Shown in pieces: positions 41,961 through 51,872 of a DNA stretch of 64,000 nt. Position 1 is the first letter of the stretch. Each line of letters begins with the position of its first letter. The notes under the pieces were generated by a model. The model searched no databases. It worked only from the letters and a program-made list of their open reading frames with translations, and was not told the DNA's origin. Location of the stretch: assembly GCA_965206595.1 (NCBI GenBank), contig OZ242214.1:5568001-5632000 (forward strand), written 5' to 3'. This DNA is from Candidatus Latescibacterota bacterium (lineage in GTDB: Bacteria; Latescibacterota; UBA2968; UBA8231). The position numbers and the translations under genes were made by a program.

Positions 41961-42821
41961 CTACAGCGCCGCGCGGTTCCGCGATCGCGCGTCCCTGACC
42001 AGCGTGCCGCTGTGCAGCACCCCGCGCATGCAGCGGTCCCGCCAGTGGGCGGAGGCGTCCACCAGCTTCTCGCGGGTGTCGATCTCCGTGATCAGCACCG
42101 CGGGCCGGTGCCCACGCGCCTTGTTGACGATCATGCCTTCGGCGTTGACGACGAAGCTCGGCCAGGCGTAGCCGCGGGTGCCGTTGTTGGCGCTGACCGG
42201 GAAGTAGTTGCTCGCCGCGGCGGCCTGGAGGGTCGCGGGAACGCTGACCTTGTACTTCTCGCAGGCTTCCTGCGTCATGCCGGCATTGTGGAAGGAGACC
42301 AGCATCAGGTCGACCCCTTTCCGCTTGTACTCGCGAAAGAGCTCGGGATAGCGGAAATCGTGGCAGATCAGCAGTCCGCAGGTGAGGCCGCGCATCTGGA
42401 AGGTGACCAGCGACTCCCCGGGGCTGTAGTGGGCGAGGTCCCCTTCCTTGGCGCTGCCGCCGGTGCAGAACATCTTGTCGTAGCGCGTGACGAGGCGGCC
42501 GCGGCTGTCGATGACGTAGAGGGAGTTGTGCGGCTTGTGCCTGCCCGTGAGGCGGTGATTGCAGCCGATGACGACCCAGACGTGGTGGCGCCTCGCCGCG
42601 GCCATCACCTCCTGCATCGCCGCGGCGATGCGTTCCCAGTCGCCGCCATCATGGGAGTCGACCTCGACGCCGAGGTAGCCGGAGAGACAAGCCTCGGAGA
42701 AATGCACGAGTTGGGCCCCCCGGGCCCTGGCGGACTCGAGCTGGCTGAGGGCGGAGCGCAGATTCCGCTCGGGCTGCTTGTGGACGTGGAACTGGCAGGT
42801 CGCCAGGACTAGCTTTGCCAA
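41961..42821 (-). CDS. Carbon-nitrogen hydrolase (nitrilase superfamily)
   Basis: FSEACLSGY (E), RYDK (K), LICHDFRYPE (C) triad. Confidence 0.9.
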   Translation of the reverse strand: MAKLVLATCQFHVHKQPERNLRSALSQLESARARGAQLVHFSEACLSGYLGVEVDSHDGGDWERIAAAMQEVMAAARRHHVWVVIGCNHRLTGRHKPHNSLYVIDSRGRLVTRYDKMFCTGGSAKEGDLAHYSPGESLVTFQMRGLTCGLLICHDFRYPELFREYKRKGVDLMLVSFHNAGMTQEACEKYKVSVPATLQAAAASNYFPVSANNGTRGYAWPSFVVNAEGMIVNKARGHRPAVLITEIDTREKLVDASAHWRDRCMRGVLHSGTLVRDARSRNRAAL

Positions 42822-42851
42822 GGAAAGCCTCCTAAGGAATCGGATCCGATC

Positions 42852-44129
42852 TCAGTTGGTCTGCTCGACCTGCGGGGCCTCCGCGGGCCGCAGGTCGACG
42901 GCGACGATCTCGTTCTCGTCGCGCACGTAGAGCCTGCCGTCGGACAGGGAGGGAACCGTCCAGCAGCGCCCCTTCAGCAGCGCCACGTTGGCCTTCTCGA
43001 CGAAGCGCTCCGGGTTGGCCTCTGCAAGCCCCAGGTTCCCCTGCTCCCCGAGGAGGATGAGGTGGCCTGCGGCCAGGATCAGGGAGCCCTTTGCGTACCC
43101 GCGCGCCTGCCATTGCGTCGTTCCGTCCGCCGCGTCGATGCACTTCAGTATCGATTGGTCGAATCCGTACAGGTGCCCTTCGCGATATACGGAGGTGCCG
43201 AAATGGTTCTGCATTTCGCCGTTCCTCCAGATCTCCTCGACCCCCTCTCTGCCAACGCGCAGGACGGCCCCCTTGTCGCCGGAGGAGATGAAGATCCGGT
43301 CCGGAGGGATGAAGAGGGGGGTGGCGGCGCTGACGTCATAGCGGGTCTTCCAGGGAAAGCGCCACAGCTCCGTTCCCCTGTCCGGGGACAACCCGACCAG
43401 CGCATAGGCGTTGATGAAAGCGGCCTGCCGCATCCCGTCCACCGAGTAGGAGACCGGCGACGAGTAGCTCATCTTGTCGTCGAGGGCGGTCCAGACCGTC
43501 TGCCCCGTTCTCCGGTCGAGGGCGACCGCGGTGGCCGGTGCGGTGCGGTCGATCACCATGTCGACGAGAAAGCTGCCTTCGGCACCGCCGGCTTCGACCA
43601 GCAGCAGTTCCCCTTCGACGAGCGGTGAAGTGCTGAATCCCCACCTGGGGACCTGGCCGCCGAACTCGGCAACCAGGTCCTTCTTCCAGATCATCTCGCC
43701 GCTTTCGGTCATCAGCGCGAACAGTCCGCCCTCGGCCCCCAGGACGTAGACCACCTCCCCGTCGACGGTCGGAGTCGAGCGCGGGCCGTCGCCCCCCTGC
43801 TTCTCCTCGTAGTATTTCCCGGTGCGCACCCGCCACAGCTCCCGGCCGCTGGCCGCTTCAAGGCAGACGGCGTGCTCCCCCAGGGAGTCGGCGTACATCG
43901 TGAACAGGCGGCCGCCGGCCACGGACACCGCGGAGAAGCCGCGGCCGAAAGGTTTCCGCCAGATCACTTCCGGACCGGAGTCGGGCCATTCCAAAAGGAG
44001 CTTCTCTTCGCTGGAGGTGCCGTTGCGCATTGGGCCGAGCCACTGCGGCCACTCCGCCGCGGTCGCGGCGACGGCGCTGGTTAGAAGGACGGTCCAGAGG
44101 GCTGGAATCGCTGATTTGCTGGTGAACAA
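42852..44129 (-). CDS. Secreted PQQ-like beta-propeller repeat protein
   Basis: WPQWLGP.RNG, GPRSTP, SYSSP, repeated G...W motifs. Confidence 0.85.
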   Translation of the reverse strand: MFTSKSAIPALWTVLLTSAVAATAAEWPQWLGPMRNGTSSEEKLLLEWPDSGPEVIWRKPFGRGFSAVSVAGGRLFTMYADSLGEHAVCLEAASGRELWRVRTGKYYEEKQGGDGPRSTPTVDGEVVYVLGAEGGLFALMTESGEMIWKKDLVAEFGGQVPRWGFSTSPLVEGELLLVEAGGAEGSFLVDMVIDRTAPATAVALDRRTGQTVWTALDDKMSYSSPVSYSVDGMRQAAFINAYALVGLSPDRGTELWRFPWKTRYDVSAATPLFIPPDRIFISSGDKGAVLRVGREGVEEIWRNGEMQNHFGTSVYREGHLYGFDQSILKCIDAADGTTQWQARGYAKGSLILAAGHLILLGEQGNLGLAEANPERFVEKANVALLKGRCWTVPSLSDGRLYVRDENEIVAVDLRPAEAPQVEQTN

Positions 44130-44537
44130 GGCGTTTCTCCGTTTCCGTGGGTTCGAACCGGGGGCGGCGTGCCGGGGAACGCCGCACGGATGGAATATAC
44201 GGGGATCGGGCTATATAGAGCCGGGTGACAGGGAGAAACGCGGGCCTGACAGCGCTGCTGAACTGGCTCTGCAGGCGAGGCCGAGTCATGGCGCCCCGGG
44301 GGCCGAAGGCCAGGGGCAGTTCAGGGCCTTCGAGCCCCAGCGCGACGACCTGTTCGGGACTGGGAGCGCCTCCATGCGGCCGCTCTACGCACAGAAACGG
44401 TTCGAGATCGGCAGCCATACCCTCGAAGCCAGCCCCGCGGTCGGTCTCAGGCTCGACCTCGAATAGCCCTGCCCGGCGGGTTCACCTGTATATTTTCCAG
44501 CCTCGCAAGTTCGCCCCAATCGCACGAGAGCAGGACG

Positions 44538-45575
44538 ATGTCCGAGCTACAGCAGAAAAAACGCAGGATTCCCTGGCACCGTACCCGCATCGACCGCCGG
44601 CTCCTCGCCGAGCTCAACCGCCGCAGCGACCTCCTCGGGTTCGCCCAGACCCTGGGCTACCTCGCCACCCTGACGGCGACGGGGGCCTTCGCCTGGTGGG
44701 TCTCCATCCACTTCTCCTGGTACTGGTTCGCCGCCGCGGTCTTCCTCCACGGAACCTGCTTCGCCTTCAGCGTCAACGGGTTTCACGAGCTCTGCCACAA
44801 CTCCGTCTTCCGCACGCGGTCCCTCAACGTCTTCTTCCTTCACGTGCTCAGCTTCAGCGGCTGGCACAACCCGGTGCTGTTCTGGGCAAGCCACTCCGAG
44901 CACCACAAGTACACCCTCTACCCCCCCGAGGACGGCGAGGTGGTGCTGCCGGTCGAGATGACCCTGAAGGGGTACCTGCGCGGCGCCTTCGTCGACTTCC
45001 GGGGCTTCCACCAGAAGATCAGGATGACGTTCCTGAGGGCCTTTTTCCACAGGCTCAACCCCGGCTGGCACACCGTGCTGTTTCCGCCGCAGAACGTCGA
45101 GGAACGCCGCCGCCTGTTTCGCTGGGACCGCGTCCTCATCTCCGGGCATGCCGCCATCGCCGCGGCCGCGCTCTGGCTGGGCTGGTGGCAGGTGCTGCCG
45201 CTCTTCACCTTCGCCACCTTGTCCGGCCGCTGGCTGTTCCTGCTGTGCAACACCAGCCAGCACGTGGGGCTCACCGACGAGGTGCCGGACTTCCGCCAGA
45301 ACTCGCGCACCTTCCACCTCAATCCGGTGGTGCGCTTCCTCTACTGGCACATGAACTACCACATCGAGCACCACATGTTCGCGGCGGTGCCCTGCTACCG
45401 GTTGGGCAGGCTGCACCGGGCGATCCGCCACGAGCTGCCCCACTGCCACAGGGGACTGGTGCCGATGTGGCGCGAGATCGCCGGGATACTGCGGCGCCAG
45501 AAGCGGGAGCCCGGCTTCCGGTTCATTCCCGAGCTGCCGGAGAATCCCGAGGCCTCCGCCGCGGCTGGCACCTGA
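44538..45575 (+). CDS. Fatty acid desaturase family membrane di-iron enzyme (MocD-like)
   Basis: His boxes HELCH, HSEHH, HIEHH. Confidence 0.88.
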   Translation: MSELQQKKRRIPWHRTRIDRRLLAELNRRSDLLGFAQTLGYLATLTATGAFAWWVSIHFSWYWFAAAVFLHGTCFAFSVNGFHELCHNSVFRTRSLNVFFLHVLSFSGWHNPVLFWASHSEHHKYTLYPPEDGEVVLPVEMTLKGYLRGAFVDFRGFHQKIRMTFLRAFFHRLNPGWHTVLFPPQNVEERRRLFRWDRVLISGHAAIAAAALWLGWWQVLPLFTFATLSGRWLFLLCNTSQHVGLTDEVPDFRQNSRTFHLNPVVRFLYWHMNYHIEHHMFAAVPCYRLGRLHRAIRHELPHCHRGLVPMWREIAGILRRQKREPGFRFIPELPENPEASAAAGT

Positions 45576-45865
45576 GGCCGGGGCGGCAGAAGGTTTCGCC
45601 CCCGAACCTCCTCCAAAGCAGTTACCCTGTCGCCACCGGTTTTTTCAGGTCGGCGAGGCGGTTCATTCTGTTTTGGAGGACCCATCCAACCAGTCGAGGC
45701 GTATCCTGCACCTTGCGCGAACAGGGACAACCGGGAGCGGCCAGCGAGGTCCCTGCCTTCAGTCAATTCATCTGACGGTGGTGCTTCAAGCCGCGGTCTT
45801 CATGGCATGAAACCGCTCGTGCCTTGACCAGTCCCAAGTCATGACATGACATGCGGAACTGTCGA

Positions 45866-46870
45866 TCATCCCGGATCCCGCCAGGTCAGCACGATTCCGA
45901 GCGCCTTGTCCCGCTCCTCGCGCAGCAACCGGTAGGCTTTCTGCGCCTCGCCGCACGGCATGCGGTGGGTGGTCAGGCACTCGACGTCGAGCTCGCCGCG
46001 CGCAATCATCCTGAGGATCTGGCGGCGGTTGTACTGCTGGGTCCAGGGGAAGGCGGGGGTGGCCGTGGTCGGGCACTTGGGCTGATGGCAGCCCACCAGG
46101 GTGAGCTCCTTTTCGTGGAAGCTCATGAAGTCGATCTCGACGGTGCGGTGCCATATCGAGCCGAGCAGCACGATGCGCCCGCCGATGCGCGCCAGGTCGA
46201 AGGCCCCGGGCAGGACCTCCGGGTAGCCGGAAGCCTCGATGATCACGTCCAGGCCGCGGCCGCCGGTGATCGATTCCATCTCCGCCCGCAGGTCGACGCG
46301 CGCCGGATCGAGCAGGTGGGTCGCCCCTCGTGCCCCGGCGATCTCCAGGCGCTCGGGGACCGGATCGACGGCGGCGAGGAGCTCGCAGCCCGACCTCGCG
46401 GCCAGCTGCAGCGCCAGCTGTCCGACCAGCCCCATGCCGATCACAGCGGCGAACTCCCCCAGCTCGATGTTGGCCTTGCGGACCCCGTGCATGGAGACCG
46501 ATCCGAGAACCCCGAAGGTGCCCGCGTCGAAGGAGACGCCGTCCGGCAGCTTCGCCAGCGACTGCGGCGCCGCGCGCACCGTGACGTGGGAGGAATGGGA
46601 TCCGAGCGACAGAACGCCGTCCCCGACCTCGTACTCCTCCACCCCTTCGCCGAGGGCGGCGATCACCCCGGTGTTGGAGTAACCGGGTTTCAGGTCGTGC
46701 CCTCGCCGCTGCTCCTGGGAACCCAGCTCGGTGCCGGCGCTGATCAGGGTGCTGACTGTCTCGATCAGCACCTCGCCCCGTCCCGGCGGGCGTACCTCGA
46801 AGGCCTCGACGGCGACGCTGTTGTCGGGGCGGACGACCGCCCTGCGCCCCGTCGCCGGCAGCGGGCTCAT
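45866..46870 (-). CDS. Zinc-binding alcohol dehydrogenase (MDR) family protein
   Basis: ISAGTE, PGYS, GMGLVG, IEASG. Confidence 0.85.
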   Translation of the reverse strand: MSPLPATGRRAVVRPDNSVAVEAFEVRPPGRGEVLIETVSTLISAGTELGSQEQRRGHDLKPGYSNTGVIAALGEGVEEYEVGDGVLSLGSHSSHVTVRAAPQSLAKLPDGVSFDAGTFGVLGSVSMHGVRKANIELGEFAAVIGMGLVGQLALQLAARSGCELLAAVDPVPERLEIAGARGATHLLDPARVDLRAEMESITGGRGLDVIIEASGYPEVLPGAFDLARIGGRIVLLGSIWHRTVEIDFMSFHEKELTLVGCHQPKCPTTATPAFPWTQQYNRRQILRMIARGELDVECLTTHRMPCGEAQKAYRLLREERDKALGIVLTWRDPG

Positions 46871-47829
46871 CCGAGCGCCTGGTATGCTTCGTCAAGCCAG
46901 ACCACCATCTCGGCCGTGGCGTCGTTGCTCGGAGTCCCTCCCGTCCCGGTCATCGCCCACCAGCCGTCGGGGTGCTGCTGCTCGACGATGTGGCCTGCGG
47001 CCTTGAGCGCCATGTCGCGGTACAGGCTCTCCCGGGTCAGGGTCCACAGCACCGCCGCCGCCCACATGACCTTACCGGAACGCAGCAACCGGTAGAGGTT
47101 GTCGGTCGCGGTTTCCGCAAAGCGCATGTACTCCCTGGCCAAGGCGAGCCAGCGCCCCTCCCCGGTGGCCTGGTAGAGGCGGGCGAGAAAGCCGCCGGCG
47201 ATGCCCGGGTGGAAGAAGTACTGGTCCCCCTCGGCGGCGTTGACCAGGAGGTAGCGGATCGGGTCGGCGGGGTCGACGCCGGTCACCAGCCCCTCTGCGG
47301 GGGTCATGACCGTGTACAGCTCCTCCGGGTAGTTCGGCTGCTCCTCCATCATCCGCTGCATCCAGCCTCCGACGCCGCGGGCGACGTCGAGGCGGCCGGT
47401 GTAGAGAGCCGCCTGACCGCAGCCGCTGGTAACCCACAGGTCCTGCAGGGTGTGCGGCAGGCGCTCGGCCGGGTCGGAGTAGAAGCCGCCGCTGCCGTCG
47501 TGGAATCCCATCAGGAAGTCCATGCCCTTCTGCGCCAGGTCGAACTGGCCGAGCCGGGCGGCGCCGATGACGACCCAGGTGTTGAAGTAGGCGTAGTAGT
47601 AGCCGTCGGTGAATTCCGTTCTCGGGCCGAAGTCGCCTTCCGCGGTCATGCCGTTGCGGCGCACCCAGTCGAGGAGGCGGTTGGCGGCGTGCGTCTCGGC
47701 GCATGCCTGGAAGGCCGCCGGCACCTTGTAATACTCGGCGACGGTGCCGTCGCCGAAGCTGCCGTCTGCGTGCAGGTGCTGCAGCAGGTACTCGCAGCCT
47801 CTGTCCCGGGCGTGGCGCAAAGCCTTCAT
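46867..47829 (-). CDS. Hypothetical alpha/alpha-toroid (prenyltransferase/squalene-cyclase repeat-like) protein
   Basis: YLLQHLHADGSF, FHDGSGGF, QQHPDGWW QW-like repeats. Confidence 0.55.
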   Translation of the reverse strand: MKALRHARDRGCEYLLQHLHADGSFGDGTVAEYYKVPAAFQACAETHAANRLLDWVRRNGMTAEGDFGPRTEFTDGYYYAYFNTWVVIGAARLGQFDLAQKGMDFLMGFHDGSGGFYSDPAERLPHTLQDLWVTSGCGQAALYTGRLDVARGVGGWMQRMMEEQPNYPEELYTVMTPAEGLVTGVDPADPIRYLLVNAAEGDQYFFHPGIAGGFLARLYQATGEGRWLALAREYMRFAETATDNLYRLLRSGKVMWAAAVLWTLTRESLYRDMALKAAGHIVEQQHPDGWWAMTGTGGTPSNDATAEMVVWLDEAYQALG

Positions 47830-47977
47830 CGCACGTTTTCCTTTCTGCCGCGTCGGCTCACGGCCCCATTTCGCAGGATTGACAATGCGGCCGGATCCGC
47901 GCTCCTGCAAAGCGCATACCGGACAAGCCCCGGGCATCGCGGCTCCAGGGAGAAGAGCCTTCGCCGCTCAGGGGTGG

Positions 47978-48646
47978 TCAGCTTGTCGGTGATGGCGGCC
48001 CATTTGTCCGGGTGCCCTCCTCGGCGTCTCCCACCCCGTAGGCGAGGATGATCGATCTTCTCGGCCTGTCCGTTCTGTTGATCATCGAGGTGTGCCAGCC
48101 GTAGGTGTTGAACAGGATCGCGGTGCCGGCCGGGCCGGGAAAAACCTTGTGGCCCGGCATGGTCTCCAACCCGCCGGTGAGTTCGTAGGGACCTGAACCC
48201 GGTTTGTGGCTGCCGGGAACGAACGCAAAAGGGCCTCCGTCGGCGGCTACGTCGTCGACGGAGATCTGGACCTTGATCTGCTGCGGCTGGTCGAACGGGA
48301 TGTCGGGGTGCCAGCCGACGTAACTGACCGGGCTCACGGGCAGGGTCCGAACCTGCGCCCCCTTGAAGACGAGGTCTTCCCCGAGAAGGTCGACGAGCAG
48401 GCCGAAATACCCTGGGTGGCGGGCGAGGCCGATGAAGGCATCGTCCTTCTCCAGCGGCCTGGGTATGTCGAAGAATCCACCTGGCTGCGTAGCGGCGGCC
48501 ACACCCTCCAACCACCCGGGCTTGGCCTCGGCGGCGCAGCGGTCGAACGCCGTTCGCAGCCGCTGCAGGTCGTCGCCCGCGTAGGCCCCCGCGACCACCA
48601 GGTACCCCTCTTGGTCCCATTGGTCCCGCTGCGCTTCCGTCAACAT
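47978..48646 (-). CDS. PhyH family dioxygenase
   Basis: EGYLVV, GWHPD (HxD), VPGSHK, GWH..R. Confidence 0.88.
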   Translation of the reverse strand: MLTEAQRDQWDQEGYLVVAGAYAGDDLQRLRTAFDRCAAEAKPGWLEGVAAATQPGGFFDIPRPLEKDDAFIGLARHPGYFGLLVDLLGEDLVFKGAQVRTLPVSPVSYVGWHPDIPFDQPQQIKVQISVDDVAADGGPFAFVPGSHKPGSGPYELTGGLETMPGHKVFPGPAGTAILFNTYGWHTSMINRTDRPRRSIILAYGVGDAEEGTRTNGPPSPTS

Positions 48647-48678
48647 TTCTCACCTTCTCTCGTCGTGCATGGATGCGA

Positions 48679-49611
48679 TCACTGCCGTGGCAGGCCGGGA
48701 AACTTCAGAAGCCGCCCGGCCGTGCCTCCCATGATGCCGGACAGTTCCGCTTCCGACAACTCCGGCAGCAGTTCCCCGACGACGCGGACCACCCTGTCAT
48801 AGCCCGGATCTTCCGCGATCCAGGGAAAATCGGAGCCCCACATGAGGCGACCGGCTCCAAACCCCTGTTTCCTCCTTCTGGGAGCATGCAGGCGTTCGTG
48901 CCACTCCGTCAGGTCCCGGTAGGGCCACTCCTCGTTGCTGAAGGCGTACTGGCCGGACAGGAGCACGTTCGCGTTTCCGTACTGGTGCAGCCCCATGGTC
49001 GAGTACCGGGTCAGCGGGGGGAACTGGGAGAACAGGACGCGTGGCCGGCCCTTCTCGTCGGTGCCGGTGTTGCCCGCCCCCGGGCAGGCCAGCATGTGGT
49101 TGAAGACCACGCGAACGTCGGGAAACGCATCGATCAGGAAGGGAACCGTGTGGGCGTCGACTGCACGCGGGCAGAGCCAGAGAACGTAGTCCTTCTCGGC
49201 AGCGTGTTTCCAGATCGGGTAGGTGGCAAAGGTGCGGACGTCCATCGTCGCCAGTGGATCCGCCGGCCCCCCCAGTGACGACAACCGGAACCCGATCACG
49301 TCCCCGTCCGCCGCCAGCCGGTCCATGTGATCGTTCTGCTCCCGCGGCGAGACCTCGCCGGCCGGAATCAGCCCGATGCCGAGGAAGCGGCCCGGGTACC
49401 GCCGCAAACAGTGACGCAGGTAGGCGTGGTGTTCCAGCGCCCTGCCGCCGATCTGCACCAGCACCGCCCGATCCACCCGGCTTCCGGCCATCGCTTCCAG
49501 CAACTTCTCAACCGGCTCCTGGCGATCGGCGGGGAGTCTGTGCCCCGCCTGGCGCGGAAACTCCCGCGAGAGTCTGGCGAACACCTGCGCGTGGGCGTCT
49601 ATGCGGAGCAT
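48679..49611 (-). CDS. Amidohydrolase_2 family protein (lactonase-like)
   Basis: IDAHAQ, AVLVQ, VFNH, RLMWGSDFPW. Confidence 0.85.
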   Translation of the reverse strand: MLRIDAHAQVFARLSREFPRQAGHRLPADRQEPVEKLLEAMAGSRVDRAVLVQIGGRALEHHAYLRHCLRRYPGRFLGIGLIPAGEVSPREQNDHMDRLAADGDVIGFRLSSLGGPADPLATMDVRTFATYPIWKHAAEKDYVLWLCPRAVDAHTVPFLIDAFPDVRVVFNHMLACPGAGNTGTDEKGRPRVLFSQFPPLTRYSTMGLHQYGNANVLLSGQYAFSNEEWPYRDLTEWHERLHAPRRRKQGFGAGRLMWGSDFPWIAEDPGYDRVVRVVGELLPELSEAELSGIMGGTAGRLLKFPGLPRQ

Positions 49612-49717
49612 GGTTCCAGATTGCAGGATAGCTGCGAAACGCGGAGGCCAGGGGCAGTCGCTGCGCCTCCGCCGGGGAAACCGGCCGCGTCGACCCCGGC
49701 CGGGAAGCGCGGAGCCT

Positions 49718-50725
49718 CTACCCCCCGGCGCTCGCCGGGAGCTCCGGGATGAACTGGTAACCCGGGTCCACACGCTGCCTTCTCAAGGTCGCAATGATCT
49801 CGCGGTAGGTCTCGATGAGGCCGCGCGGGCAATGGGGAAGTTCGTGGCGGATGAGCTCGTGCAGCTTTCCCAGGTTGTAACACGGCACCGCGGCATACAT
49901 GTGGTGCTCGATGTGGAAGTTCATGTGGTAGTAGAGAAAGCGCGTGAACGGGTTGAGGATGACGGTGCGCGTGCACAGGCGGTAGTCGGGGACGTCGTCC
50001 TGCAGCCCGGTGTGCTGGGTCTGGTTGCACAGGAAGCGCAGCCAGCCGCCGTAGAAGACCCCAAGGGTCGTCAGCACCGGAAGCAGCCAGAGCCCCGTGT
50101 AGATCGAGACCCCGGCGATGGCGGCATGTCCGGCGAGCAGCAGGCGCGCCCAGTTGCGAAGGCGGCGGTTCTTCTCCCTGTCTTCGCGGGGAAACAGGTG
50201 CTCCTCCCATTCCCCTTCCAGGCGCCCGATGCTGTGCATCAGGGTCTTCCTGAGGTTGAGGTAGAGGGTCCACGGATCGAAGAAGGTGATGCGCAGGAAC
50301 TCGAGGGCGGTCAGCTTTTTCGGCAGCACGACCTCGAGGTCGTCCGGCGGGTGCAGGGTGTACTTGTGGTGGGCGGAGTGGCTGGCCCAGAACAGGACGT
50401 GGTTGCGCCAGCCGAGGAAGCTGAACAGGCGCAGGAAGAACCCATTGAGGAACCTGCTTTTGAAGACGGTGTTGTGGGACAGCTCGTGGGTGGCGTTGAG
50501 CAGGAAGACGTAGAAGGTCCCGTAGGCGAAGAGGACCGGCAGCAGCAGGTACCAGGTTTCCTGCACGGACCAGGCCAGCGCCCCGGTCGCGGCGATCAGG
50601 CCGATGTGGGCCCCGACCTGCAGCAGCCCCTTCCAGTCGCTACGCTGGTTGAGGGCTCTCATGGTCTCGCGGTCGACCGGAGTCCGGTACCAACCGATCG
50701 TGCGGGTAGTGGCAGCCACCGTCAT
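49718..50725 (-). CDS. Fatty acid desaturase family membrane di-iron enzyme (paralogue of 44538..45575)
   Basis: His boxes HELSH, HSAHH, HIEHH; shared WASH..HHKYTL.PP and HELPHC.RGL. Confidence 0.88.
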   Translation of the reverse strand: MTVAATTRTIGWYRTPVDRETMRALNQRSDWKGLLQVGAHIGLIAATGALAWSVQETWYLLLPVLFAYGTFYVFLLNATHELSHNTVFKSRFLNGFFLRLFSFLGWRNHVLFWASHSAHHKYTLHPPDDLEVVLPKKLTALEFLRITFFDPWTLYLNLRKTLMHSIGRLEGEWEEHLFPREDREKNRRLRNWARLLLAGHAAIAGVSIYTGLWLLPVLTTLGVFYGGWLRFLCNQTQHTGLQDDVPDYRLCTRTVILNPFTRFLYYHMNFHIEHHMYAAVPCYNLGKLHELIRHELPHCPRGLIETYREIIATLRRQRVDPGYQFIPELPASAGG

Positions 50726-50787
50726 GCGCAAGAAGATAACGCGCCCGGGTTCGAGGCACACCCCGGCACCGGAGTCTGCCGGGGGGA

Positions 50788-51867
50788 CTACTCCACTTCG
50801 GGTCCGATCCTCAGGGAGTGCGTTTTCACCAGGCAGAAGACCTCCTGCCCGGGGGCGATGCCGAGCTCGGCGACCGCCTCCGGAGTGACCTTGGCGGCCA
50901 GGCGGCGGCCCACGTCGACATAGACGAGGCGCGTGGCTCCGACGGCGCTGACCTCGGTCACCGTTCCCCGGAGGGCGTTGCGCACGCTCAACCCCTGGGG
51001 CCGGCCGCGGGCGAGAATGACGTCGTCGGCGCGCAGGCCGACGAAGAGGCGGGTTCCCGGCGGGCGGCCGCAATGCGGAATGCGCAGCAGCTGCCCGCCG
51101 CAGCGGGCGAGGCAGGCGTCTCCGGTGCCTTCTCCGGGGAGGATCTCGACGGGCAGCACGTTCTCAAAGCCGAACTCGTCGACGAGGCGGAGCACCCGGG
51201 GGTCGCAGGCGACGCGGAAGAAATCGCCGTGGGCGACGACGCGGCCGCTGTCGAGGACGATCACCTGGCCGGTCAGCTCGAGGATCTCCGCGGCGGAATG
51301 GCTGACGTAGAGGATGGGGATGCCGAGATCGGAGCGCACGTGGCGCAGGTAGGGGATGATGCGGCTCTTCAGTCCCCTGTCGAGCGAGGCCAGCGGTTCG
51401 TCCATCAGCAGCAGGCGCGGCGAGGACAACAGGGCGCGCCCCAGGGCGACGCGCTGGCGCTCCCCGCCGGACAGGGTGGCCGGGAGGCGGTCGAGGAGGG
51501 CGCCGATTTCCAGCAGCTCGCAGATTCGGTCCGGCTCGAAGCGGCGCTCTCCCTGGCGCAGCAAGTCGTACCCGAAGCGGAGGTTGTCGCCGGCGCTCAG
51601 GTGCGGGAACAGCAGGTCCTCCTGGAAGACGTACCCCAGCCGGCGCGCTTCGGGGGGCCTGTCGATCCCGGCGGCGTCATCGAACAGCACCTCTCCATCG
51701 AGCTCGATGCGGCCTGCGTCCGGTCGCATGAGCCCGGCCACCATGTTCAGGAGCGACGTCTTCCCCGCCCCGGAAGGGCCGTAGATGGCGGTCGCCGGGT
51801 AGCGGCATTCTACCTCGACCTCGAGGTCGAATGCGGCCAGCCCGCGGTTCAGGCGCAGGGACAGCAT
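50788..51867 (-). CDS. modC: Molybdate ABC transporter ATPase
   Basis: GPSGAGKT, LSGGERQRVALGRALL, DEPLASLD, TOBE SVRNALRG. Confidence 0.93.
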   Translation of the reverse strand: MLSLRLNRGLAAFDLEVEVECRYPATAIYGPSGAGKTSLLNMVAGLMRPDAGRIELDGEVLFDDAAGIDRPPEARRLGYVFQEDLLFPHLSAGDNLRFGYDLLRQGERRFEPDRICELLEIGALLDRLPATLSGGERQRVALGRALLSSPRLLLMDEPLASLDRGLKSRIIPYLRHVRSDLGIPILYVSHSAAEILELTGQVIVLDSGRVVAHGDFFRVACDPRVLRLVDEFGFENVLPVEILPGEGTGDACLARCGGQLLRIPHCGRPPGTRLFVGLRADDVILARGRPQGLSVRNALRGTVTEVSAVGATRLVYVDVGRRLAAKVTPEAVAELGIAPGQEVFCLVKTHSLRIGPEVE

Positions 51868-51872
51868 CTCTC

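Noticed and set aside
44130-44537. Possible small gene in the divergent intergenic region
   Set aside because: Open frames exist on both strands but have no recognisable start signals or motifs.
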